From Gnetum montanum (taxonomy: Eukaryota > Plantae > Gnetophyta), in contig MNCI01000751.1 in assembly GCA_015680685.1 (NCBI GenBank), positions 1 to 64,000 of the forward strand: a DNA stretch of 64,000 nt, in the 5' to 3' direction. Positions within the stretch are counted from its first letter, which is position 1. Every line of letters starts with the position of its first letter. The notes under the pieces were generated by a model. The model made no database searches, was not told where the DNA came from, and saw only the letters and a program-made list of their open reading frames with translations. Below, one piece after another: positions 29,105 through 40,720 of the stretch. A program made the translations under genes and the position numbers.

Positions 29105-29225
29105 AAATGTAGGTACACCCCAAGATTTTATATTAGTTTATAACTTAGTGCTACCTAGTAGAATCAAACTTGTGACTTGGTTACCAACCCAAAACTCGTA
29201 CCACTAAGCATACACCTCATTGTTT
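29105..29225 (-). mobile_element. tRNA-derived SINE-like repeat copy
   Basis: Minus strand reads aatgaggtgtatgcttagtggtac...gtcacaagtttgattctac...cttggggtgtaccta, matching the 5958-6078 copy. Confidence 0.55.
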
Positions 29226-30449
29226 ATATAATATAATGTGATTAATCGTATGAAAGCATCATGGAAAAAATGATAATGTAATAACTTGATCCTTAGTAAT
29301 TTTATGCATGGTAGTGGAGCTAGAGGTTTTTGGAAAGAGATAAAACTTGTGAATGGGTTAACTATATAGAAAAATGAAAAGTACATAAAAAATGATGCTT
29401 ATTAAAACAAACAAAGAAAGAAACAAAAGGAAAGCCATTGAAATTGGATCATAAATATTACAAATACATGTTTAATTATTTTAAGAAAGAATGTCCAACA
29501 TAAAAGTGACTCAAAAACATGTTTAATTATGAAGGTGAACACAAATATGCAAAGAGATTTGAGATTTATTCTAAAGGAAGGAAAGGAAGGAAAGTAACAA
29601 TGAGAAAACCTTTAGATTTGCTCAAATTTCCATGGATTTTGAGAGGAGTGAGCTTAAAATTTCTAAATTAATCAGTGAGATGTAAAATTAAAATAGACCG
29701 CCAAAGATTTATGAAAATTTCAAAAGAAATTAACTACATTTACCTTGATTCATTAAGAATTTTAACTTAAATTCATTAAGACATTGAGGAACTCATATTA
29801 TTAACTCATCTTAGAGTTGTATCAAATATATTTATGTTATGTACATGATTGGAAAGATTGAAATTCTTGCTTAAAATGAAAGAAATTCATGAAAAACTTA
29901 TGTTGGAAAAAGAGATTGATGATAAAGAAACATGGGAACTTGAGATGAAGAAGAAATGAGACCTACTTCTTCTATTGCTTAAACACATAAAAGTGGACAC
30001 AACTAAAAATTTATTTAACTTTTATTCATTTGAGTTGAATCCAATTTATAAACTTTGAGGATGAAATATTCGTTGTGCACATGGGTAATTAATTTTAGAA
30101 AATGGTACACTTCAACTAAGCTTTTTTGAACAAAAAACTTTTGAAAATAAAAGATCCCAATGCCTCTTGGTCCATGAGTTTAAGCACAACTTTTAAACAT
30201 GAAATAAAGGCATATAACTAGATACTTTAGAAATGGCATTAAATCAAGCCTTGATTCCAACATTTCCATCATCAGGGGATGTTAAAATGCTCATGAGACT
30301 AACATGTTAACCATTTTTCCATTAGTGTTGATAAACTTGGAAGCAATAATACCTTTTCTGACCTAATCCTTAATGGCATGATTTCTTTTGTATATAATGT
30401 GCTCCTTATACAAACGGATGATTGGTTGTTGCCACAACAGTTTGTAAGT

Positions 30450-30531
30450 CAAATTGTATGCTATAGATAGCTACAGATTGCAACATATTTCAAATTGTAT
30501 GCTATAGATAGCTACAGATTGCAACATATTT
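30450..30531. repeat. Perfect 41-bp tandem duplication
   Basis: caaattgtatgctatagatagctacagattgcaacatattt occurs twice. Confidence 0.9.
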
Positions 30532-32416
30532 AAGCTTCATGATAATTAAAACTCACATTACATTGCTTTATGCTCTTTCCATCATAGAATTTGGGCTATG
30601 AAAGATGAATGAACCATATTATATGAATGCAACCTTCCCAACCTAAATTATAGCAAGCTTGAAGAGTTTCATCACTCTTCACAACGTTCAACCCCCAAAA
30701 AATAAAATATAATAATAATAATAACCTTTATAAAACTTGATGTTCATAAATTTCATATTCATAGTTTTGAAACTTATAACCAAGTAGCATGTTTTACTAA
30801 TACATGGTACACAAAATACAATTTGAAATATGAGAATAGAATATGCAATGTTTGAAGTGCAAGAATTCCTTTAGGTTACACACATAATGAAAATAATCAA
30901 CATGACATAAAACTATATATAACAATTGACATTTGAAGGTTGACAAATAACAAGTGCTTTTCTTAGAAAAATTAATAGTAAGACATCCTCCACATTGTCC
31001 ATTGTGTGCAAAGTAGTAGGAAAACCATACTTTTGAAAGGATGATCAAATCCTAGATTGTTTCTTTACTTCAGAGATTTTGCATTATGGATAGCTTAGAA
31101 TCAGAACTTGAATTTATTAAAATCATAAAAACATATAAAAACATCACAAAATTATAATTTTTTTTGAAAAGCACATGTATTTCTATCAATCAAATGTAAC
31201 AAGAAGTTCAAATTTTCTATCATTGTAATATGGAATCGCTTAGAATCCAAATCACAATCACAATTCCAATGCTAATTTATGTTGAATTTAACTATCATGA
31301 CACCCTCAGATGCTCAAGTGCTCATAGGTTCAAAACAAACTCAACTAACGCACATGATGATAATCAAACAGATTGACTAAATAGAATTTTCTGATTCTCA
31401 TAATTTCAAAGGTTACAAACACAGTTGGACCACCAAGAGTTGCAAAGGTATACACCTGTAACCAGTACAAAAAACATACCTTAAAACCAAACTCCATCTT
31501 ATCGATTTGATACTTGTTAACTCACTTAGATTTAACAAAATGTTTTTCATATGGCAATATGATTACTATTCAGGTTACAAATGTATTTGTTATATCTCAA
31601 CATTCAAATAAGACTTTACGGAAAATAGTACCAAACCCACTTATTTGGTTATGATGTCGGTGGGTACGTCCTGGGAATCTCTTGGATCATTAATTTTATT
31701 TAACTGTTGCAATGTTTTACCAAAGGGAATTTTTTTGCTTGAGAAAACTAATATGGTGGAGAAGAGATTATAGACAATGTGACATTTGGAGGCGTAAGCA
31801 GTGTTTGGGACACGAGGTATCAGTCATATGATCATCAAGTAATGAAGCGACAGCCATATGTTCAATAGATTCCAAAGTCAAAAGTAAGTGGAAGTACACT
31901 ATTTATCACATATTCAATTTAATAATTCAACATAGAAGCATAAAGTTTTGAATAAAGTACGGTTACAAATAGCTTGATAATGATAAAGTGTATCAAACCT
32001 AAAACTTCTGAAAACCACTTTTGAGCAAATAGATATAAAATATTTCAAACTACACAATCAATTCTGTCAAATCATTGAGGTTACCATAACCAGAAGGAAA
32101 TGATAAGTAGGCCCACAGTAGGAACACGTTGCCTTTCAAAGTCACGGTGCTCAGACATACAAGTTTTTTGTTCTTGTTTCAGAATATATATAGTATGTGA
32201 AAATTCACTTGAATATCCTGAATAGACAAAAATATTATAATTGAAGAGTTCTTTGTTTCCTACAACAATATGAAACACAGTACATTTAAAACATCTGTCT
32301 CAACGTGCTTCATCAGGCTGATAGTTTTGTTGGAAGTTGACTGTACTCCAGAGCATTAGCTGTCATATAAAGCACATAAAACCATCAATAGGAATTCAGT
32401 AATATTGGCACTACCA

Positions 32417-32626
32417 TCAGAAAAATTGATAACAGTTACCTTTTTGCGGCAAGGTCTCAAAAGCAGATATAGTATTCACATACTTCATTTTTTGAACTGG
32501 GGCACCACTTTGTCTAATCACAAATGCCCTCTTGTCTTCAACCGGAAAACGGGCTTTTAGCATGGAAAAAACATGGCTGTTTAGTCTTCTGACTCTTTTT
32601 GCATTTTCTAAAAAGTTTTCCAAATC
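32417..32626 (-). CDS. PIR: PIR/SRA1 (CYFIP) last major coding exon
   Basis: DLENFLENAKRVRRLNSHVFSMLKARFPVEDK...SAFETLPQKG matches the plant PIR C-terminus. AG acceptor at 32627-32628. Confidence 0.9.
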   Translation of the reverse strand, partial: DLENFLENAKRVRRLNSHVFSMLKARFPVEDKRAFVIRQSGAPVQKMKYVNTISAFETLPQKGNCYQFF

Positions 32627-33479
32627 CTGGAATTGCAGATATTATACACATTAGAAAAAGTAAAATGTTAATATAATATTATGAACAACCAATTTTGTAA
32701 TTAAAAAGGGAATAATCAGCAAAATACATTTTTCTATTGGTAGACAAATTTTGCAAACTGACGTGACTTGACTTAGAAAAGATGTGATTTTCGACTCCAA
32801 GTTAAAGCCCGAGATCAATAGCAGTTACATAGCAGAAGACATAAGAAAAAAAAAACAATAGTCACTGATGTGAAGAGTGGAGCTGATGAGCCCTTCTTTC
32901 ATAAGAGAAAAAACTCCGAAAAAGTGGTTATGGATGTAGGGAGCTGTAGACGCAACTCAACAAACACTTCAGCTAATTCAACATGAGTTTTGCAATAGAA
33001 ACTGAACCCCCAGAAAACTCAGCAGATGAGCTGAAAGTTAACTTCATGGTGATACCAAGAGACTACAAATTAAGGGCCACCTATCTACAATGACTGCTGA
33101 GCTACTTGGGAGCCACGAGCTCGGTGGCTTTGTGTTTACATCAGCTGTAAAATTCAGACAAGACTGAAGTCAAGGCTGAGCTGAGAAGTGCTAAGGTAGG
33201 TTACAACTTTGTTTTTGTCAACTCATTGTAACTCGGGTATAGCTAATATGTTCTACAAAACTTATTGGTGTGGTTAACTTGTCATTCACTCAATTAACAA
33301 AAAACAAATGACACTCCTTTTGATGAGCTCAGTGATCATTCTTGTTTGTTTGTTTGTTTTTTGGGTGCACTTGTACTTTTCCTCTGTTAATAAAATCCCA
33401 ACCGCTACTCAAAAAATAAATAAAACAATGGCACATGGGAACTAATGAGCTTATCGCTTGGGAGGAAACAAATGACACG

Positions 33480-33790
33480 ACAGCCAATGGACTTACCACT
33501 TGACAAGGAAACAAATGGCAAGGCAAGATTTGCTGCAAAAGGTTTCACTCAAAAGCAAGGCATTGACACCAAAGTTTTTGAAGCAATTACTAAGTGGCAA
33601 ATCAATTAGCCAACCCCATTTCGTTGGGACAAGGCAAAGATTATGGTAACTAAGTGGCAAGCCGTTCATATCATGGTTGCATTAGCACTTGAAATAGAAG
33701 CTATCTTAACCTGATGTATAAGCTGCATGCATGGAGATCTAAAGGAGAACATTATTATCGCCTACGCTGAAGGTTGATTAATCTAGGTTC
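33480..33790 (+). mobile_element. Degenerate Ty1/copia RT fragment in a PIR intron
   Basis: KARFAAKGFTQKQGID (~33515-33567) and HGDLKENI..AYAEG. Confidence 0.6.
33601..33648 (+). mobile_element. 48-bp RTE-type 3' tail insertion with a 12-bp TSD
   Basis: actaagtggcaa at 33589-33600 and 33649-33660 flanks tagccaaccccatttcgttgggacaaggc. Confidence 0.7.
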
Positions 33791-34299
33791 TACATACATT
33801 GAGAGCATAGCTCTAGTTATTTGAATCTTAAAATGATGCTTTGTTCACCATTGGTACCAAACTTGGAGCAACAGTAATCAAACATTTCTCTTTTAACTTA
33901 TAAAACATCATGCTCGTCACACAACTACAATTTTTGACAAAACCAAACTTCTATTGATAAGTCCATTTGAAGTATTTGAATATCTGCCTTGCAATAGCAA
34001 AATATTTAAGCTTTTATTATCCTCATGACATGCAGGATTCCAAATGTTGATTCACTGATAGATGATAAAATATTTTGTTTGGATGTTGCCCTGTAAGGCG
34101 CTTGTTTAGAAACATAGAGATCCATGGTGCAACTACTAGACACTTCCATTTCTTAAAATCATGAAAGACCTATTCATAAATTGTGGAATTATAAACAATC
34201 TATGATCAATAATAACTCAAAGATTTGTTAAATGGATACTAAAAAAAATGAAAATAATTCAAAACTCTCTTCCCTAGAATCATTTGTGCATCAGCTCAC

Positions 34300-34515
34300 C
34301 TGACCATGCTGCACTGGTCTTGATCTTTCACCAGATAAAGGGAACAATACATTCTCAGTTTCTGCAATATTGAGAAGGTGATATACAAAATCAAATAATT
34401 CAAAATGTAATTGCTGATCAAGTATATACAATATGGTACACCCTCCCCAGCATACTGAATCACCAAAGCGTTGTTGATTGCTAACCGAATCAGTTAAACC
34501 ATCTCCACAAAACAC
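34300..34515 (-). CDS. PIR: PIR exon (VFCG...FGDSVCWGGCTILYILDQQLHFELFDF...HGQ)
   Basis: Contains the CYFIP WGGC..IY.L.QQ..F motif. AG/GT boundaries, 216 nt, phase 0/0. Confidence 0.95.
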
Positions 34516-35159
34516 CTGCATACAGATATGGTCCATGATAAATAAGACAAATTTTTTGTTTCCTTTTTAAGAAAAACATGTGATTATTTGGTAGGCTTTA
34601 AAGAGGCAAGATATCCTTGTTAGACACATCAAGGCTGAAAATAATCTCAACAGCTATGCTTTTTTTCACATGTAAAAATAGATTTTACTAACAAAATAAG
34701 ATTTGATGTACATCTGGAGTAATCTTGGGATCTTAAAGATCAACCAAGAACCATAAAACAGTTATACCTAACAGCTAAGAAAAAAAGTCAATAATTTTAG
34801 AACACATTTTTCAGTAAAAACAAGTTATAATCTTGAATTAAAAAAACAAAGGATGTTGGTAATACCCACATAAGCGATTAGATATATGCTCCAGCAATCG
34901 TTCTCTGGAAAACTCCCATTCTAGATTTTACATTAAGAATTTATCCCATGTATTTTAATTATTTGAACCCAACACACCAACATGCAACCTCACCAAGTGT
35001 GTTTCACTCAATTTATTAGACTATTAGATAATCAAGCTGCTAGGAAGGATACAAATAAACAGGGTGAATTATATCACAAAAGTGGGAGTTACTGTAATAT
35101 AGAAATAAAAATTAAAAGATAAGTCTCTACTAAAAATTCACTAATTCACTAATACTTAC

Positions 35160-35332
35160 AAATTGTAAGCCACTGTATATTCGATAGAATTCCTTTGACA
35201 TTGTAATATCAAGAAATCCTGTTTTTGGAACTGGATCCCATTTCTCCCGAAGAACATCCAAAGATGCACTTATAAAAGCAAAGGTATAGTCTAAAACACT
35301 TCCTGTCTGCATAGTTTTTGCATACAAGGAAT
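35160..35332 (-). CDS. PIR: PIR exon (DSLY...PKTGFLDITMSKEFYRIYSGLQF)
   Basis: Conserved CYFIP motif. AG/GT boundaries, and the phase matches both neighbours. Confidence 0.95.
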
Positions 35333-35610
35333 CTGCAAAGATTATTGAAATAACTTAGAAAACAAAAGCGGAATGCAAAAAGCAAATACAGAACAACGAT
35401 GCTACAAGAACCATCTAACTCATAGATTGATTATGACCTATCCAACATACACCCATGTCATGACGTGATAACATACACAAATGCATTTGTTATATTTTTA
35501 TTTGTGCTTTATAAAAATGCAAATTCCAATGTCTATGTATTAAAAAAGAAATTAAGACCATACCAAATTATATTTTGCAAAATATTACAAAGCAGTACAA
35601 TGAATTGTAC

Positions 35611-35821
35611 CTGTTGCCTCTGCCTGTTTGGCCAACATAAGAAACGAAGTTGGGCTTAAACAGCCTGGATGAGAGAGAACAGCATTGGTAGCATTCCTGA
35701 ATAGATTTACAAGGGGACTGTTTCCATCTTCAGATATCATATGCTGTATTTGACCATCATTACAAGGCGCTACACCCAACCATGGTGCAAGCTGAACAAA
35801 CTGGGTGGTTTCATATTCTCT
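35611..35821 (-). CDS. PIR: PIR exon (REYETTQFVQLAPWLG...AKQAEAT)
   Basis: Matches PIR QF.Q.APWLG and KQAE.AD. 211 nt, AG/GT boundaries. Confidence 0.95.
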
Positions 35822-37332
35822 CTAAAATAGTTCATTACAAGGCATTATTAGAACAGCAGAAAGAAAAGAATCTTCCTTGAGGACACTATTTAAGAGGATA
35901 AGTCGTTGGCACAAGTGAAAAGATGCATTACATCTAATGTTTTGTCCTTCTAACAGGAAACAAAGATACATGAATGAAAAGCTAATGTATTTTAAGAAAT
36001 ATTCTTTTATAAATTCCAGTTTTGAATACCCTCTATGAACCCACTCGATGCAATCCACCAGTATTAGAAAGATGTATGCATGATCTAGCACTTGAAATAG
36101 TAAGAGAAACATGTTAGGGCTCATCAACAATAATAAATTATGCAATCAGAAACAATATTAGAGCAATAGATTAGTGCAACAGAAACAAAACCAATCATAC
36201 ATCCAAAGTCATAATGAAAAGGTGAGGAACTGAGAATATGTCCCAAGCCCCTACCAAACCAGTGAAAATGCTCAACCAAGCAATTCCATTATCCTTCATC
36301 AAAATTTATACATGTTTTTTACAAGCTAACCCAAGGTTCATTGAACCTGAACATATTCTCCATTCTTCTAGAAACTTCCAAAAAAATCTAGTGGGTAATA
36401 ATGTTAGCATTGCTATCTACTAATACAATATGAAAACATAAACACGTCCAGGTATTTTGTAATATTATTAATAATGTGAATGAATCCAACACATTTCAGA
36501 AGCAGATGGTGGGAAAGAGAACACAACCATAGAATGTCATTCAACTGCCAAGCCATTGAACTAGAAAGATTAAGAACATGCAATGATTTCAACGTCAGGA
36601 AAGGACTGATACCATCATAGATAATCTTTTCAACCTTATCTTTTTTTAATGTTTTAAAAATTAGTTGAATGTACAATGGACCCTTTATCATAGTCCTTGG
36701 CTGGTTTCTGGGATCTAAGGATTCCTTGTAGTGCTACAGAAACCACAGTAATGAAATCTATGTTCAACTTGTTCCAAATAAATATGCTGTGAACCGAGGC
36801 AAGAAATGGGTTGATATAAAAAGGCAACACTTTCAATTTCAATAAATCCTTTATCATGCTCTTTAGTTCCATGAAATACCTGGTTGGACTCCAAAAGTTT
36901 ATAACTACCAAAATATTCTTTTTTGCAGGTTCAAAAAAAAAAAAAGAAACAAAAAGATTGTATCCTTTATTGTCCAAACAATAAGAAAATAACATCGGAT
37001 GGCAAAAGAGACATCAAATACTAAGACTTAGATTTTTAAAACAAAAATGTTTGATAACAAAACCAGTCGTATCCAATCAATGCATCCCATTGAGTGAAAC
37101 ACAATACTTCAATAAGAAATGTCATCAGATGGTAAAAGGCCAAAACCTCTAGAACCTCTGCCTGTGAACTCTCAGTCTAACAATTTGGCAAAATTCACTC
37201 ATTTGGACTTGGTAAACATGAAAATATTGTTAGTATATTTATTTCTAAATATGTAAAGAAAATATGTTGTAAATAATTCTGCATAAATAAGTAAAAAGTA
37301 AACATATTATAATAGTGAAAAGCAATACTTAC

Positions 37333-37460
37333 TAAAACTGTATCAAGAAGACTCATCCAAGCAACTAGAGATCCCAGCTCCTTCAAACACTGAAGGGCTT
37401 CTTCCCTTTTCTCATAAGAAGTGACCCACATTAGTTGTTCCTTTAAGATTTTCAGACAGC
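37333..37460 (-). CDS. PIR: PIR exon (GCLKILKEQLMW...KELGSLVAWMSLLDTVL)
   Basis: 128 nt, AG/GT boundaries. Joins the upstream exon in phase 1 across a 16.5-kb intron. Confidence 0.93.
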
Positions 37461-38148
37461 CTACAAAAAATGTTTTGAAATTAACTGAAAAATATTATAA
37501 CCTCTTTGATTCCAAATAGTTATCATAGGTAGATAAAGAAGGGCCAAATGCAGAGTCTAAATATGGTTATCCATATTTGGATCATGCTATTCATTGAGGA
37601 CATAACCAAATGATAAACATCGTGAAGGTAAGGAATTGAAATAGAACAAAGATATAATGAAATGAGATAATATAGCTTTTATATACATTGCACTAATAAA
37701 TTTGATGCATGTTACTAGCAACTGTGAACTTTCAAATTTGGAAAGAAAGTAATTATCTGAACTCTAATGGGTAATGAAGGCAAGATAGTGTGTTGCCTGT
37801 TTTTTTTTCTTTAAATCATCATTTAACATTAAAGATCTTGGTGTCCATGCCTGCAAATATTGTTTAATAGAGAAACATCTTGAAGCAAATCAGCATTTGA
37901 TAATGCATCTTTACAACATCTAACAGCAGCCAATACATGAATTGATAGAATATTACATATTAAAAAAACTGAAATGCTTAGCTGGCACATGTAATACTTG
38001 AATTTCGGTAGGAATGATATCACCAGCCTTCTGAAAAGAGAGAGTAATCTTGATAGTGCACGGCAGTTAGTAGTATTTTTTCTAAAAAAAATATCAAAAT
38101 AAAAGGAAACAATTATTATTTTGAAGTATTTTAACAATAAAAGATGTG

Positions 38149-38793
38149 GCCCCCCCTGAAACCTCCGCTTGGAACGAGGAACAACGGAAGAGGGTGGCGG
38201 AGGAAGCCAGAGAGGCGGAAAGGAAGGAGTGGGAGGCGAAGTGGACAGAAGCCCTCGCCCAGGCCCGCAGCGAGTTAGAAGCCCAGTTCCAGGCAAGGGA
38301 GCAAGAACGGGCCAGACAGCAGGATATTCTGGCCGACGCTGCCAGGGCTCAGCTCACCGATGAAATCAGAGCCCAGGTGCGGGAGGAGCTCGCGCAGGAG
38401 GAAGAAACCCAGAGACAGAGACAATAGGCGGAGCAAGAGGAGCGGCCCCGGCTTCTGGAGGAGGAAGAGCAGAGGCAGCGACAGCTGGACCGTGCCCACG
38501 AGCATAACGCCAGACAGTGGTTACGTGGGGGACGATGCCTATATCTTACGTTAGGAATCAGCTGCGAGAGTTCATGGGGCGAACTTCGTAGATACATTCG
38601 CCGAACCTCGGCGCACTGCCACCCCGACACCGGCACCTCCCATGAGGACAGAAATAGACGACAGGTGGCCATGCAAGGTATCCAGCAGGCGGCCAGCTTC
38701 ATGGATACGGAGGAACACCGGAATACTCTCGATATTCTACACGAGCTAGTGTGCCCCGACTGTGCTTGCAGGCAGCTTCCTACGAACCCCTAA
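38149..38793 (+). pseudogene. LINE-borne coiled-coil + DnaJ-like J-domain ORF, copy 1 (one internal TAG at 38425)
   Basis: Reads WEAKW...LYLTLGISCESSWGELRRYIRRTSAHCHPDTGTSHEDRNRRQVAMQGIQQAASFMDTEEHRNTLDILHELVCPDCAC. HPD at 38620-38628, stop at 38791-38793. Confidence 0.8.
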
Positions 38794-39055
38794 GGGGTGG
38801 GTGGAATTTTCTTGGGGGGGNTTTCTTGGGGGGGCGCCCCCCCGCCCCCCTTTTTGTTGATTGGTGCTTTTTGATTTCTTCTCGTGGCTCTCTGCCCTCA
38901 GCCGTGCGGCCTGGGTGAGATGTTGTGAGCGATCGGGGGATCCTTCCCCCTCGGTGCGGCCACCGCTGGTGACCCCCCTGTTGTAATCTCTTGTAACATA
39001 TTTTTGCAATTTTCAGTAATAGAATCCCCAACACTTTCTCAAAAAAAAAAAAAAA
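38149..39055 (+). mobile_element. 5'-truncated L1 insertion consisting only of the coiled-coil/J-domain region, 3'UTR and poly(A)
   Basis: 16-bp TSD aacaataaaagatgtg at 38133-38148 and 39054-39069; poly(A) at 39041-39055. Confidence 0.92.
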
Positions 39056-39099
39056 CAATAAAAGATGTGACATCTACATCTGCAAATGAATCCAGCATT

Positions 39100-40720
39100 G
39101 CTTCTGAAAGGTGTGTCACTATTGCAACATAGCCTAGTGGGGAAATTTGTTTTCTTTGGGATGCACCTGAGGGTCGAACAAGTTTGACAATGGGTGGCCG
39201 CTTCATGGAATGTTAGAGAGGTGGAGGTGTGAACCTTTCCTGGAAACATTCCAATTTGTTGTAGACCAGAATAAAACCCTCCAAGGGAAACCATGGTTTT
39301 TTGGGGCAAGGGGCCTAGCATTGACTCACTGGCACCCTGGTACATAAAACAATCCCAACCTATTCACTAGGGTTCCAATTTGGGTTAGGGTTTTCAGGCT
39401 CTTGTGGGAGTTCTAGACACCGGACTTCCTCAAGACACTTGCAAGGTTTTTTAGCAAGTTCATCACTTTTGAAAAGTTCACGGCAGAGTAAATGGGTATG
39501 CACACTTCTATGTCTGGCACTCTTTGAAAATGGATGGAATGTTGCAGGAGATCCAAATGGAGATGTCGTATGGGATGGAAACCTTGAGAGTTGAATATGA
39601 GAATGTTCCTATAGAAGAAAGGGCCATAAGCATTAGGAATGCTATAGAAGATGGGGCCACAGATGCAGAAGTTCTAGCAAGATGCTAGCTCTATAGGAAG
39701 AATAACCACTAGGCAAAGGACTGCAAGTACCACCTCAAGAGTGTAGCCCCACAACAGAAGCAAAGGTCCTTGGAATTTACGGTCCAAGAAGCCTTCACAC
39801 ATAGATCAAGGCAAAAGGTCCCCACACATGGATCAAGGAAAAAGGCTAGAGAAGATGCCACATACTACAAGCTCACATTGCTTCAAGACCTGACTAAATG
39901 TTGCCCTCCCTTTTCGAGTTTGACTCTAGGACTAAAGGTGATGCCTTTGCAAGAGGTCAAGGGCTCTAAGAAGATTCTTGCCATTGCTTAGACAACCCAA
40001 GATGAGAATGAAATGCCTCCTGCCAAATAGGTTCCATTAGAGGATCTTCCTGTACTTGGTATATGGTGACCCCCTTGAGGAGGTCATCCATCCCAACCTT
40101 TTCATCCATGAAGTGGCAGATTTTGAAGGAGCAAAAAACTAAATTCAAAGTTTGTCCTAAGACCAAGAATGTGGGCAAATTGACCCTCTAGGATACTAGG
40201 TTCAAGAAAACAATGTAGGATTTAGACTTGAGAGTTCAACAGACCCCAAGGAAGTCTACAAAAAAAAATATCTAGCAATAGATCATGAAGCTTCTATCAT
40301 GGAATTGCAAGAGACAAGGTGCCTCGTAAAAACAAAATACCCTCAAGGATTTTATTAAGAGAGAGGATTATGACATTCTATGCCTGTAGGAAACAAAACT
40401 TCAACATACATAGAGACAGGTGTTAACTTGGCTAAGATGATTCTCCTACTTTGTGGACTGCAGAGGTCGAGTGAGGGGTTTAGCCACAATTACTAGATTG
40501 CATGCATGACTTGTTTATGCTTATGATTAGAGAAAACCTCACACACACTCCATCCTACTAAGGTGTGTCACCTAGGAGAGCAAGTTTAGGATCAACATGA
40601 TGAGAAATACAAGAACTTCCAACAAGATATGGGTTCCTCTCTTTAGAGGATCAAGAAATTGTGGATATGGTGCGTAGACAAGAAATGCCAACCACACGAC
40701 TAAGGAATGTGGGGTTAGGT
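39100..40720 (+). mobile_element. Decayed L1: ORF1 (DUF4283-like, zinc knuckle) and APE start at 40285, joined to a J-domain remnant
   Basis: VPIWVRV motif; MKLLSWNCKRQG...DILCL*ETK; then LHPTK...EKYKNFQQ at 40548-40625. Confidence 0.65.

Noticed and set aside
37829-38702. Minus-strand Leu/Ser/Cys-rich ORFs here and at 50971-51306 and 56214-56498; plus-strand ORF 62003-62422
   Set aside because: They are antisense shadows of the E/Q/R-rich coiled-coil frame.
38146-38793. A nested host DnaJ gene inside the PIR intron
   Set aside because: It is bounded by a TSD and poly(A), and its homologs sit within L1 elements. The GTG start in the ORF track lies inside the TSD.
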